A stretch of DNA of 32,000 nucleotides from Candidatus Midichloria mitochondrii IricVA (GCF_000219355.1 NC_015722.1:270001-302000), one strand, 5' to 3'. Counted from the stretch's first letter, positions 8,738-17,078 are shown. Notes: generated from the sequence alone by a model not told the origin. Program-made: numbers and translations.

Positions 8738-9844
8738 TTATTTTTTTAAGTCTTTAATACCCTTTAGTAACTTTTTGTTCGGTCTAATCTTCATAACATA
8801 AGAGATAACTTCTGCAACAGCTTTGTAATGTTCTAGAGGAACAAAGTCATCAATATCAGTTGAATCAAAAAGAGCTCTTGCTAATGGAGGATTTTGTACT
8901 ATGGGTATAAAGTATTGATTCGCAATTTCTCTGATTTTAAGTGCCATTAAGTCGGCACCCTTTGCTAGGACCTTTGGTGCAGGCATTTCTTGAGGATTAT
9001 ACTCTAAGGCAATTGAGTAATGTGTAGGGTTGGTAATGATGACATCAGCCTTAGCTGCATCCTTGGTACTGAATTTTTTCAGCAAAGCTTTCCGTTTAGT
9101 TTTTTGCTTGAATTTAATTTCTGGATCACCATCAGTACGTTTCTGCTCATCTTTTATATCTTTAAAACTCATTTTTAAATCATTAATGTATTCAAATCTT
9201 TGATATAAAAAATCAACAATTGAGATTAAAAACATCACCGAGCAGACTGTCAGCATCATTGCAGTTACGGCTTTAAAGGCAACAGCGATCATTCCGTTAA
9301 TATCTAAGAAAAATGCAAGTTGCATATCTTTAATTTGGCTCCTAATTGCAAAATAAGCTGCCACTCCAACAAGTGAAATTTTTACTACTCCTTTTATTAA
9401 CTCTACAATTGATCGTAAAGAGAAAAGCTTTTGTAACCCTTTCAACAATGAGATTTTGCTTAAGTCAAAACCAATGGATTTAGTTGAGAAAACAAAACCA
9501 TTATGCTGAATAAAGTAGGTCAGTAAAACAACAGCGGAATTAAGTATCAGTGGAACTATTGCAATTATGAGGAATATAAAGACAATATCTTGAGCTATTG
9601 ATCTTATGATGAGTTCATTAATGTTGATCAAGTGAAAATTAATTAAATAGCTGCTTATGAGATTAGTAAATTTACTGGAAATTGGTTTCGTTAGAAAAAT
9701 AATCATCAAAGTAGAACTTAGGAAAATAGCGAAGCTTACTAATTCTCTTGAAGTGGGAACTTTACCGTCTTTTCTTGCGTCTTCCAACCGTCTCGGAGTG
9801 GGGTCTTCGGTTCTTTCCGATTTATCTTGATTTTCATCTGCCAT
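8738..9844 (-). CDS. flhB: flagellar type III export gate protein FlhB
   Basis: The N-terminus ...QDKSERTEDPTPRRLEDARKDGKVPTSRELVS matches E.TE.PTP.RL...R..G.V..S.EL. It has four TM segments. The autocleavage motif NPTH is present (VIITNPTHYSIALEY), followed by APKVLAKGADLMALKIREIA. Confidence 0.92.
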   Translation of the reverse strand: MADENQDKSERTEDPTPRRLEDARKDGKVPTSRELVSFAIFLSSTLMIIFLTKPISSKFTNLISSYLINFHLININELIIRSIAQDIVFIFLIIAIVPLILNSAVVLLTYFIQHNGFVFSTKSIGFDLSKISLLKGLQKLFSLRSIVELIKGVVKISLVGVAAYFAIRSQIKDMQLAFFLDINGMIAVAFKAVTAMMLTVCSVMFLISIVDFLYQRFEYINDLKMSFKDIKDEQKRTDGDPEIKFKQKTKRKALLKKFSTKDAAKADVIITNPTHYSIALEYNPQEMPAPKVLAKGADLMALKIREIANQYFIPIVQNPPLARALFDSTDIDDFVPLEHYKAVAEVISYVMKIRPNKKLLKGIKDLKK

Positions 9845-9848
9845 AATT

Positions 9849-10612
9849 TTATGAACTAATCAGTTGAGCAATAAAATTTTTATATTCATCAATAAACCAA
9901 ATCATTGCTGATGATATAAAGATCGTTAAAACAACAAAGCCAACTAAGACTTGAGCTGGCAATAATAAAAAGAATATTTGTAATTGTGGCATGAGTCTAG
10001 AAAGAACTCCAGCACTTAAATACATTAGAAGTGAAATGATAATAAAAGGTGAGGCAAACCTAATACCAACATTCCAAGAGGTTACAACAGTTTTGATAAT
10101 TAGTTCAGTAAAGCTTTCAGAATACTTAAAAAACGAACCTATAGGCAAAGTTTCATAACTTTCAATGAGGGATTCTATAATCAATATATGGAGACTCAAA
10201 TTGATAATGATAATAACCGCTATAATATTTAAGAGTGTTCCTATTATGGTGCCTTGATCTCCATGATTCGGATCAAAAATCATTGCTGTTGAAAGTCCCA
10301 TATTAGCGCTAATTGCGTGCCCTGCCGTATAGGCAGCTGATAAAATAATTTTAGTGATCATACCAAAGGCTATTCCTATAGTAATTTCACTTATAATGAC
10401 AAGGAACATTTCAATTGCATCAGCCGGAGAGGGAATTAAGTTTTTTTGTAAACCTCCAATCATAATTGTAATGGCGAGCCCTAAGGTCAATTTTATTCTA
10501 CTAGATATATTAATTTCGCCAATTCCTGGAATAAAAAAAAACTGCTGCTGACTCTACAAAAAATAACAAAATAACAAAATATAGTAGTGGATGAGACGTC
10601 CAATAATTTCAT
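9849..10612 (-). CDS. fliR: flagellar type III export gate protein FliR, reading frame interrupted at a T9 homopolymer (possible pseudogene or slippage site)
   Basis: The track ORF 9849..10490 starts at a TTG and gives 213 aa of typical FliR TM sequence. The same frame continues upstream as SQQQFFFIPGIGEINISSRIK with no start codon, up to a TAG at 10554-10556. An ATG at 10612, in another frame, gives MKLLDVSSTTIFCYFVIFCRVSSSFF. This looks like the missing FliR N-terminus and meets the other frame inside A9 (10533-10541 on the plus strand). With 10 T the fusion would be 254 aa. Confidence 0.75.
10533..10541 (-). other. A9/T9 homopolymer at the fliR frame junction
   Basis: Counted directly: plus strand ggaat-aaaaaaaaa-ctgctg, which is T9 on the coding strand. 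Seven or ten T would restore a single FliR frame. Confidence 0.9.
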
Positions 10613-10792
10613 AACAACTGAAAATTAGTAAATTTGAATTGATATTGAAGAATAATCATAGTACAGCTGTTCTGCGAGTTAAAATAGATTATATTTTTAT
10701 CATAATATAGTAAAAATTATGTATAAATTTCTACCATAAACTCTAAAAATTTGTTTCATTCTTTGTCAAAGTCGGTATTAATAGATTAATAT

Positions 10793-11005
10793 ATGCTTTA
10801 TTTAGTCAGAAAGTTAGATCAATCAATAATAATAAACAATAATATTAGTATTAAAGTTATAGAAATCAATAGGAATTCAGTGAAACTAGGAATAACCTTC
10901 CCGAAAGGCTGCACTGTACTGCGAAAAGAAATTTTTGATGCCGTTGCTGAAGAGAATATAGAGGCTTTAAAATCTTTTGATGAATATGATATAGAAAAAA
11001 ATTGA
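10793..11005 (+). CDS. csrA: carbon storage regulator CsrA (RNA-binding translational regulator)
   Basis: The 70-aa ORF MLYLVRKLDQSIIINNNISIKVIEINRNSVKLGITFPKGCTVLRKEIFDAVAEEN aligns position for position with E. coli CsrA as I recall it ([51 protein letters not shown]). This includes L2, L4, R6, R44, E46 and I47. Confidence 0.85.
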   Translation: MLYLVRKLDQSIIINNNISIKVIEINRNSVKLGITFPKGCTVLRKEIFDAVAEENIEALKSFDEYDIEKN

Positions 11006-11059
11006 GAATAAATTTTGATTAAGTATATACTTAAATCCAAAATTTTATTAATAGGTGTT

Positions 11060-13732
11060 ATGGAACGAAATTTTGGGTTGGTTGATAGTTTAAATACGCA
11101 TACTTCTCTTAAGGTAGGAGATAGGGATTATTGTTTCTTTAGTATAAAGGCCGCGGCCCAAAAGTTATCTTTAGATATATCGTCTTTACCGTATTCTTTA
11201 AGAATATTATTAGAAAATTTGTTGAGATTTGAGGACGGTGTTTCTGTAAAGCTCGATGATATAAGGGAAATAGGTAAGGGCTATAGAGAATATGAAATAG
11301 CCTTCAGGCCAACCAGGGTGTTGATGCAGGATTTTACTGGCGTGCCGGCAGTGGTCGATTTAGCTGCTATGCGAGACGCTATGGTTGCTTTAAGTGGAGA
11401 TCCACAACAAGTTAATCCTTTAATTCCGGTTGATCTAGTGATTGACCATTCAGTGCAGGTTGATGCTTACGGAACCGAAAGTTCAATTGCAACAAATGTT
11501 GCGATTGAAATGCAGAGAAATTATGAGCGCTATAAGTTTTTACGCTGGGGGCAGCAGTCGTTTTCAAATTTCAGGGTAGTACCTCCTGGCACTGGAATTT
11601 GCCATCAAGTTAATCTTGAGTATTTAGCAAAGGTTATTTGGACTGAGGAAATTGATGGGAAAACTTATGCCTATCCAGATACATTGGTAGGGACCGATAG
11701 TCATACTACCATGATTAACGGCTTATCTGTTTTAGGCTGGGGAGTAGGGGGGATTGAAGCAGAAGCTGCTATGCTTGGACAGCCCTTATCGATGTTGATT
11801 CCAGCAGTTGTTGGTATGAAGTTAACCGGAGCTCTAAAAGAAGGCGTCACTGCAACAGATTTAGTGCTGACAGTAACCAATATGTTAAGAGCCAAGGGGG
11901 TTGTGGGTAAATTTGTTGAGTTTTTCGGTAATGGCCTAGCTGCTCTTTCACTTGCCAACCGCGCAACAATAGCTAATATGGCTCCAGAATACGGAGCAAC
12001 TTGTGGATTTTTTCCAATAGATACTGAGACTTTAAGGTACTTAACCCTAACTGGAAAATCGAAGGAGCACTTAGAACTTGTTGAGGCTTATGCTAAAGAG
12101 CAGGGCTTATGGTATAATCCAGATGAGCAGATAAAATTTAATGAGGTATTAGAATTAGATCTTTCAACAGTTGAACCAACTATTGCTGGGCCAAAACGTC
12201 CGCAGGATAGAGTTAGGCTGGCTGAAGCTCCTGCAAATTTTCGCCAATCGTTACCAGATTTAAATAAAAATGAGGCAAATGTTGGTAAGGGATTTCCGGT
12301 AGGAGATGGGAAATATAGTATAAGTAATGGGGATGTAGTAATTGCAGCCATTACTAGTTGTACCAACACTTCAAATCCGTGTGTGATGATTGGAGCAGGA
12401 TTGCTTGCTCGTAATGCGGTACAAAAAGGTTTAAGTAGTAAGCCTTGGGTTAAAACTTCTTTAGCTCCAGGTTCTCAAGTTGTTACTGAATACTTTAAAT
12501 TAACAAAATTGGACCAATATTTAGCCAAAATGGGTTTTAATTTAGTTGGCTATGGCTGTACAACCTGTATAGGAAACTCTGGCCCACTTTTGCCAGAGAT
12601 TGAGAAAACTATTCTCGATAATAACCTTGTGGCCTGTTCGGTGCTTTCTGGTAATAGAAATTTTGAAGGCCGTGTTCATCCATTAGTGCGAGCAAATTAT
12701 CTCGCTTCCCCGATGTTATGTGTTGCCTATGCGATTGCTGGATCTATTCATATTAATCTGATATCAGAGCCAATTGCCAAGGATAAAAATGGTAAAGATG
12801 TATATTTGAGAGATATTTGGCCGACGGATCAGGAAATAAATGAATTTGTAAATAAATACTTAAGTTCTGATATATTTAAAACCAAATATGCGAATGTTTT
12901 TGCTGGAACGGAAGAGTGGCAGAAAATTACTGTGAGTTCAAGTGCAAATTACCGCTGGGATACAAGTAGCACTTACATCAAAAATCCACCATATTTTAAA
13001 GATATTAATAAAAACAATACAATCAACTACGATATTAGAAATGCTAGGATATTGGCCATACTAGGTGATAGTATCACAACTGACCATATAAGCCCAGCTG
13101 GTTCTATCGCAAAAGACGGTCCCGCAGCTAAATACTTGATCGAAAACAATGTAAGTCGTGTTGATTTTAATTCGTATGGTGCGAGGCGAGGCAACCATGA
13201 AGTGATGATGCGTGGAACATTTGCTAACATTAGGATTAAAAATAAATTGGCTGACGGAATAGAAGGGGGCTACACTAAGTACTTCAACTCGGGTGAGGTA
13301 TTACCAATATACGACGCAGCTATGCGTTACGTAGAAGATGGTATCCCCTTAGTTATTTTTGCAGGTAAGGAATATGGTACTGGTTCTTCGAGAGATTGGG
13401 CGGCAAAAGGTACTAATTTACTTGGAGTAAAGGCGGTTATTGCTAAGAGTTTTGAGCGTATTCACCGTTCTAATTTGGTTGGCATGGGAGTAATTCCTTT
13501 AGTTTTCGAGAAGGTAAGTATTGCTGATTTAAATCTTGTTGGTGATGAGTTAATTGATATTGAAGGACTAGAGAATATTATTCCTAAGAAAAAAGCTAAA
13601 TTAAAAATTAAAAAAGAGAATAATCCTACAATAGAATTAGATTTGATTTGCCGTATTGATACGGAATCAGAAGTGGCTTACATACAAAATGGTGGCATAT
13701 TACAGTATGTCCTCAAGGAATTGAGGAAGTAG
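11060..13732 (+). CDS. acnA: aconitate hydratase A
   Basis: Long ORF with aconitase/IRP-type sequence throughout. Fe-S ligand motifs ITSCTNTSNP and GCTTCIGNSGP are present, and the swivel domain has GKEYGTGSSRDWAAKG. The track start at 11015 is a TTG that adds a non-conserved 15 aa. ATG at 11060 (MERNFGLVDSL), preceded by taggtg, is more plausible. Confidence 0.95.
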   Translation: MERNFGLVDSLNTHTSLKVGDRDYCFFSIKAAAQKLSLDISSLPYSLRILLENLLRFEDGVSVKLDDIREIGKGYREYEIAFRPTRVLMQDFTGVPAVVDLAAMRDAMVALSGDPQQVNPLIPVDLVIDHSVQVDAYGTESSIATNVAIEMQRNYERYKFLRWGQQSFSNFRVVPPGTGICHQVNLEYLAKVIWTEEIDGKTYAYPDTLVGTDSHTTMINGLSVLGWGVGGIEAEAAMLGQPLSMLIPAVVGMKLTGALKEGVTATDLVLTVTNMLRAKGVVGKFVEFFGNGLAALSLANRATIANMAPEYGATCGFFPIDTETLRYLTLTGKSKEHLELVEAYAKEQGLWYNPDEQIKFNEVLELDLSTVEPTIAGPKRPQDRVRLAEAPANFRQSLPDLNKNEANVGKGFPVGDGKYSISNGDVVIAAITSCTNTSNPCVMIGAGLLARNAVQKGLSSKPWVKTSLAPGSQVVTEYFKLTKLDQYLAKMGFNLVGYGCTTCIGNSGPLLPEIEKTILDNNLVACSVLSGNRNFEGRVHPLVRANYLASPMLCVAYAIAGSIHINLISEPIAKDKNGKDVYLRDIWPTDQEINEFVNKYLSSDIFKTKYANVFAGTEEWQKITVSSSANYRWDTSSTYIKNPPYFKDINKNNTINYDIRNARILAILGDSITTDHISPAGSIAKDGPAAKYLIENNVSRVDFNSYGARRGNHEVMMRGTFANIRIKNKLADGIEGGYTKYFNSGEVLPIYDAAMRYVEDGIPLVIFAGKEYGTGSSRDWAAKGTNLLGVKAVIAKSFERIHRSNLVGMGVIPLVFEKVSIADLNLVGDELIDIEGLENIIPKKKAKLKIKKENNPTIELDLICRIDTESEVAYIQNGGILQYVLKELRK

Positions 13733-13820
13733 TTGCGAACTTATCTACTTTTGTGTTGCATTGCTGATCGGGTACACTATAGTCCTGGTGTAAGTATGCT
13801 ACAACAAAGGAAGGTAAGAA

Positions 13821-14231
13821 ATGGGCGGCATGTTTCAGCCCACTGCATTTTATAATGTTGGCAGCAGCCCCCATGATATGGCAGTAGGAGATTTTAATCA
13901 AGATGGTAGTAAGGGGGGGGGGTTAAAGGATATAGCCAACTCTCACTATGGCTCGTCCACAGTTTCAGTGTTGATGGGTAATGGTGATGGAACATTTTAT
14001 AAACCGGCTTGTTTTTTATAATGTAGGCGGTCCCCCCTATAGGAATAACAATAGGGGACTTTAATAATGATGGTAGATTGATATAGCTGTTACCAATCGA
14101 ATTTCCTCTACAGTTTCTATACTAATAGGAAATGGAGATGGAACTTTGCAAGGTGCAGCAAGCTACAACGTTACTGGCTATCCCGTAGGACTAGCAGCAA
14201 CAGATCTGAAAATACAGTTCCCGGGGGGGGA
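13821..14231 (+). pseudogene. FG-GAP repeat protein remnant, frameshifted and cut by an IS remnant
   Basis: Repeat units are spread over three frames: FQPTAFYNVGSSPHDMAVGDFNQDG..., ANSHYGSSTVSVLMGNGDGTF, FYNVGGPP.IGITIGDFNNDGRL, DIAVTNRISSTVSILIGNGDGTLQGAASYNVTGYPVGLAATDL. The coding sense ends at the IS left end. A G10 run sits at 13913-13922 and a G8 run at 14223-14230. Confidence 0.7.
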
Positions 14232-14830
14232 GGCTATAAATTTGCAAGCGACAACTCACGTACCAAAGATCCTTAAGAAACTCGCAGAGACAAAGGGAAC
14301 GAGAGTCTGGGATGATGCTTTCCGAAGTTATAACGATCCTCGTTTTGTTTCATTTGAGGGCATTACCGGATTCAAAGATTTTTACCTAAACTGTTTTCAA
14401 ATCTCTCTCAGAGAGGAATTGCCGAAGCTTATCAGCTACAAATCGCCTTGTTGAGCTGATGCGAGACGCGGTCATCCCGTTGGTCATTCTGCTGAATTGC
14501 TGCAAAGGGAAACAAACAGGTACGTTGACTCAACAAAAAGCTGGAAAAGGTTTGTCATAACTTACGTACTAGCAGTAATAAGGCCTTTAAAGGCACCGCT
14601 CAGCGTGGGAAAACGTCGACCCGGATGGTTCTTTGGCCTCAATGATCAAGGAGAGATTATGTCATTCACACTGACTTCGGGTAATACAGATGATCGAGCC
14701 GTTGTCGAAAAACTGACTCAATATTTGACAGGCCTTCTATTCGGAGATCGGTGGTATATAAGCAAAAACACTGAGCAATCAAGGTATTGAGCTCATCACA
14801 CGGCTTAAGAAAAACATAGAAAAACAAAAA
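14232..14830 (+). mobile_element. IS982-family insertion sequence remnant (copy A): left end retained, 3' part missing, transposase frameshifted
   Basis: Fragments in shifting frames match the IS982-family transposase pattern as I recall it. They are MLSEVITILVLFHL, GFKDFYLNCFQISLREELPKLISY, NRLVELMRDAVIPLVILLNCCKGK, YVDSTK..KVCHN, KAFKGTAQRGKTSTGWFFGL and GEIMSFTLTSGNTDDRAVVEKLTQYLTGLLFGDR.YISK (the DDE region). Bases 14328-14829 are about nine-tenths identical by eye to the reverse complement of 26817-27168. The terminal GGCTATAA at 14232 mirrors the one at 26401. Confidence 0.65.
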
Positions 14831-14987
14831 AGGATCGCTTAAGAGAAATAGCAGAAACAGAGTTGTCTAGGTTAAAGGAATGTATACATTGATGAGAGTA
14901 CGGAGCAAAACTCCTCTCTGATGAAGTCATGATGCCGAGCAGAGCAGTGCAATTGTGGAATACCACTGAACCTACAGAAGAAATAAT

Positions 14988-15353
14988 TTAAGAAATATTA
15001 TCTATCAATCTCAATAAATTAGATTGTTTTTGAGTGATCGTATCCTCTACAAATCTGATTTCAGGGGTATATTTCAGCTTAAGTTTGTTTGCGATTAACT
15101 TCCTTATCTCGACTGTCAGGGATTTTAAAATTTCTAAAACCCCCTTAACTTTGTCTTTATTAAGGCAATCTACATAGATTGTTGCTATTTTCAAATCTGC
15201 AGTAATTTTTACAAAAGGAAACACCATCATAGTGTCTTCTAAATTAGGATGATAAATCTCTTGGGTAACAAACGCTTTCGAAACAACCTGCTGAATAGAG
15301 GAGGCAATCACAAGCTGTCTTTGTGTAGGTTGTTTAGAATATAACAGATTCAT
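14988..15353 (-). CDS. rbfA: ribosome-binding factor A
   Basis: The 121-aa ORF with RQLVIASSIQQVVSKAFVTQEIYHPNLED..MVFPFVKITADLKIATIYV...EILKSLTVEIRKLIANKLKLKYTPEIRFVEDT fits the RbfA KH-like pattern (R..RV...I...L......D..L....VTIT.V.VS.DL..A.VY; ..P.L.F..D). Confidence 0.85.
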   Translation of the reverse strand: MNLLYSKQPTQRQLVIASSIQQVVSKAFVTQEIYHPNLEDTMMVFPFVKITADLKIATIYVDCLNKDKVKGVLEILKSLTVEIRKLIANKLKLKYTPEIRFVEDTITQKQSNLLRLIDNIS

Positions 15354-15355
15354 GA

Positions 15356-15550
15356 TCAGTTTTTGATTTTATTGCCAGAAGCACTTTTTGGCGCATAAAC
15401 AAAAACCCGCCCACAATATGGACACTTTGTCTGTCTATTTGCACCTATTTCCAAATAAATCTTGGGATGACCATAGCACGGCCCCCCATCACAACAAACG
15501 CGCTCGGAGTGTACAACATTTTTTTCTACTATGATAGAATTTTTAGCCAT
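15356..15550 (-). CDS. zinc-finger domain protein (NDUFS6-like zf-CHCC)
   Basis: The 64-aa ORF has VCCDGGPCYGHPKIYLEIGANRQTKCPYCGRVFVY. This is the C-x-DGG...GHP..YL....C.YCG pattern of the small zinc-finger protein conserved in alphaproteobacteria and mitochondria. Confidence 0.8.
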   Translation of the reverse strand: MAKNSIIVEKNVVHSERVCCDGGPCYGHPKIYLEIGANRQTKCPYCGRVFVYAPKSASGNKIKN

Positions 15551-15563
15551 ATAAGTACTAAAA

Positions 15564-16340
15564 TTAAATCTTCTTGTTTAAAAGATAAAAGTATTTTAGG
15601 CCAAGTAAAGTTAAATTTGGTTCTATAAAATCTATTTTTGAAGTTAAATCTTCCATCAATACCGAAAGCCCACCAGTTGCGACTACCTTTATAGGGTATT
15701 TATATTCTTCTTTCATAGTGTCTATTAATTTCTCAACCATACCAGTGAAGCCAAAATAAGACCCTGCAAGCATTGCTTTAGTTGTTGTGGTTCCTAATAC
15801 CGTATTAGCTTTTTGAAAATTCAGTGAGGGCAGCTGAGCGGAATGCTTCCTCATGGATTGCATTATCGAGTTAAGGCCTGGCGCTATTGCAACGCCCAAA
15901 TAATTTATTTTTGATTTGTTATATTCGAGCAGGGAAAACGTGGTTGCAGTCCCGAAATCAACTATTAAGCAATGATCTTTAAATAATTCAGTTGCAGCTA
16001 TCGCATTAACAGCCAAATCTGAGCCTAGGTGAGGAGCTGGAGTTCCAGCGACCGAAACATGATGTTTATCATGGCTTACTAGCAGTGGGCTCATCTTACA
16101 ATACTTTTGAAAAAATCTTTGAACTCCAGATAACGCCATCGGCACCACACATGAAATCGCAGCCGCTTCTATTTTCTCTAGAGCTAGCTGGTTTTGGGTT
16201 AAAATCAGAATTAAAAATGCAAAAAATTCATCTTCAGTTCTAGTAATATCCGTTTTAATCCTAGTTTGTAGTATTAATTCATCATCTTCAAAAAACCCGA
16301 ATACTGTATTAGTATTTCCAATGTCAACTACAACTAGCAT
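15564..16340 (-). CDS. coaX: type III pantothenate kinase
   Basis: The N-terminus MLVVVDIGNTNTVFGFF carries the DxGNT phosphate-1 motif. DFGTATTF and the C-terminal ATGG are also present. 258 aa is typical of CoaX. Confidence 0.9.
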   Translation of the reverse strand: MLVVVDIGNTNTVFGFFEDDELILQTRIKTDITRTEDEFFAFLILILTQNQLALEKIEAAAISCVVPMALSGVQRFFQKYCKMSPLLVSHDKHHVSVAGTPAPHLGSDLAVNAIAATELFKDHCLIVDFGTATTFSLLEYNKSKINYLGVAIAPGLNSIMQSMRKHSAQLPSLNFQKANTVLGTTTTKAMLAGSYFGFTGMVEKLIDTMKEEYKYPIKVVATGGLSVLMEDLTSKIDFIEPNLTLLGLKYFYLLNKKI

Positions 16341-16352
16341 ATATACTCCTTC

Positions 16353-17072
16353 TTATAAAAAAACATCGCCCGCGCATAATAATTCTATTTTTTGATTTCT
16401 AAGCAGTTGGAGATTACCCTTATCATTAATCCCCAGGAAGATACCAGATTTCTCTTGATCTTCAATCTTAATAACAATTTTTTTATTTAAATTAGCAGCT
16501 CGTGCTAGCCACTGAATCTTAATTCTTTGAAATCCAAATTGTTCCCAATACCCAAAGAGCTCAAAAAATTCTTCTAGTACTACTTGCAACAGTGCTTTAG
16601 GGGTAACAGTAAATGGACTAATATCGGTAATACCTATGGCATTTAAATCTGGTATAAGTTTTTTAGGCAAAATATTAATGCCTATCCCGACTAGAAGAAT
16701 AAGCCCGTCTTGATATTTTTCTAATAAGATCCCAGAAACTTTTCGGTTTTCAAGTAAAACGTCATTTACCCATTTATGCAATAAAGAGACAGCTGGAAAA
16801 AATTTTTTAATAGCATTACTAACCGCAATTGCGGCTATATAGGTAACCTGGGGATAAAGAGTTACATCAGTAGAGGGCTTTAATATAATTGTGCAAGCCA
16901 AATCGCCTTGAGCGCTGCACCAAGTCCTGCTATTTTTCGCTCTACCTTTGGTTTGTGAGGAAGTAAATACCACGGTATTCGGATAGGCTTGACCTCTATA
17001 TAGCAGATTTTTTGCTTCAGTTTGCGTGCTATCTAACTCATCATATTCAATAATTAAAAAATCTTTCCCCAT
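16353..17072 (-). CDS. birA: biotin--[acetyl-CoA-carboxylase] ligase (no N-terminal repressor domain)
   Basis: It has QTKGRAKNSRTWCSAQGDL (a variant of the GRGRxGRxW biotin-binding loop), KWVNDVLLENRKVSGILLE and VGIGINI. At 239 aa it is a group I ligase without a helix-turn-helix. Confidence 0.85.
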   Translation of the reverse strand: MGKDFLIIEYDELDSTQTEAKNLLYRGQAYPNTVVFTSSQTKGRAKNSRTWCSAQGDLACTIILKPSTDVTLYPQVTYIAAIAVSNAIKKFFPAVSLLHKWVNDVLLENRKVSGILLEKYQDGLILLVGIGINILPKKLIPDLNAIGITDISPFTVTPKALLQVVLEEFFELFGYWEQFGFQRIKIQWLARAANLNKKIVIKIEDQEKSGIFLGINDKGNLQLLRNQKIELLCAGDVFL

Positions 17073-17078
17073 ATTTAC

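Noticed and set aside
10744-10780. Possible sigma-28 (FliA) promoter upstream of csrA: TAAA ... GTCGGTAT
   Set aside because: Only about 5 of 8 bases match GCCGATAA. The spacing from TAAA is about 23 nt instead of about 15. In DNA this AT-rich, such partial matches are expected by chance.
11015-11059. TTG start at 11015 for aconitase (adds MIKYILKSKILLIGV)
   Set aside because: The extension is non-conserved-looking and hydrophobic. It begins only 10 nt after the csrA stop. ATG at 11060 has a purine-rich taggtg just upstream and begins where aconitase similarity begins.
11701-13230. Minus-strand ORFs inside acnA (11701..11958, 12088..12369, 13027..13230), and similar antisense ORFs inside dapD, dapA, dapB, the SSS gene, ccmB, fliR, the permease, glpX, the adaptor, addB and coaBC
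   Set aside because: All are fully nested antisense to strongly supported genes. They have low-complexity or atypical composition and no motifs, so they are typical shadow ORFs.
13713-13901. Track ORF 13713..13901 (-), 62 aa
   Set aside because: It overlaps the acnA stop and is antisense to the first FG-GAP unit. It has no motif and no plausible ribosome-binding context.
14146-14790. Track ORFs 14146..14454 and 14497..14790 (+) as stand-alone genes
   Set aside because: The first is a chimera of the last FG-GAP unit read through into the IS. The second is an internal frame of the degraded IS982-type transposase. Both are better described as pseudogene or IS fragments.
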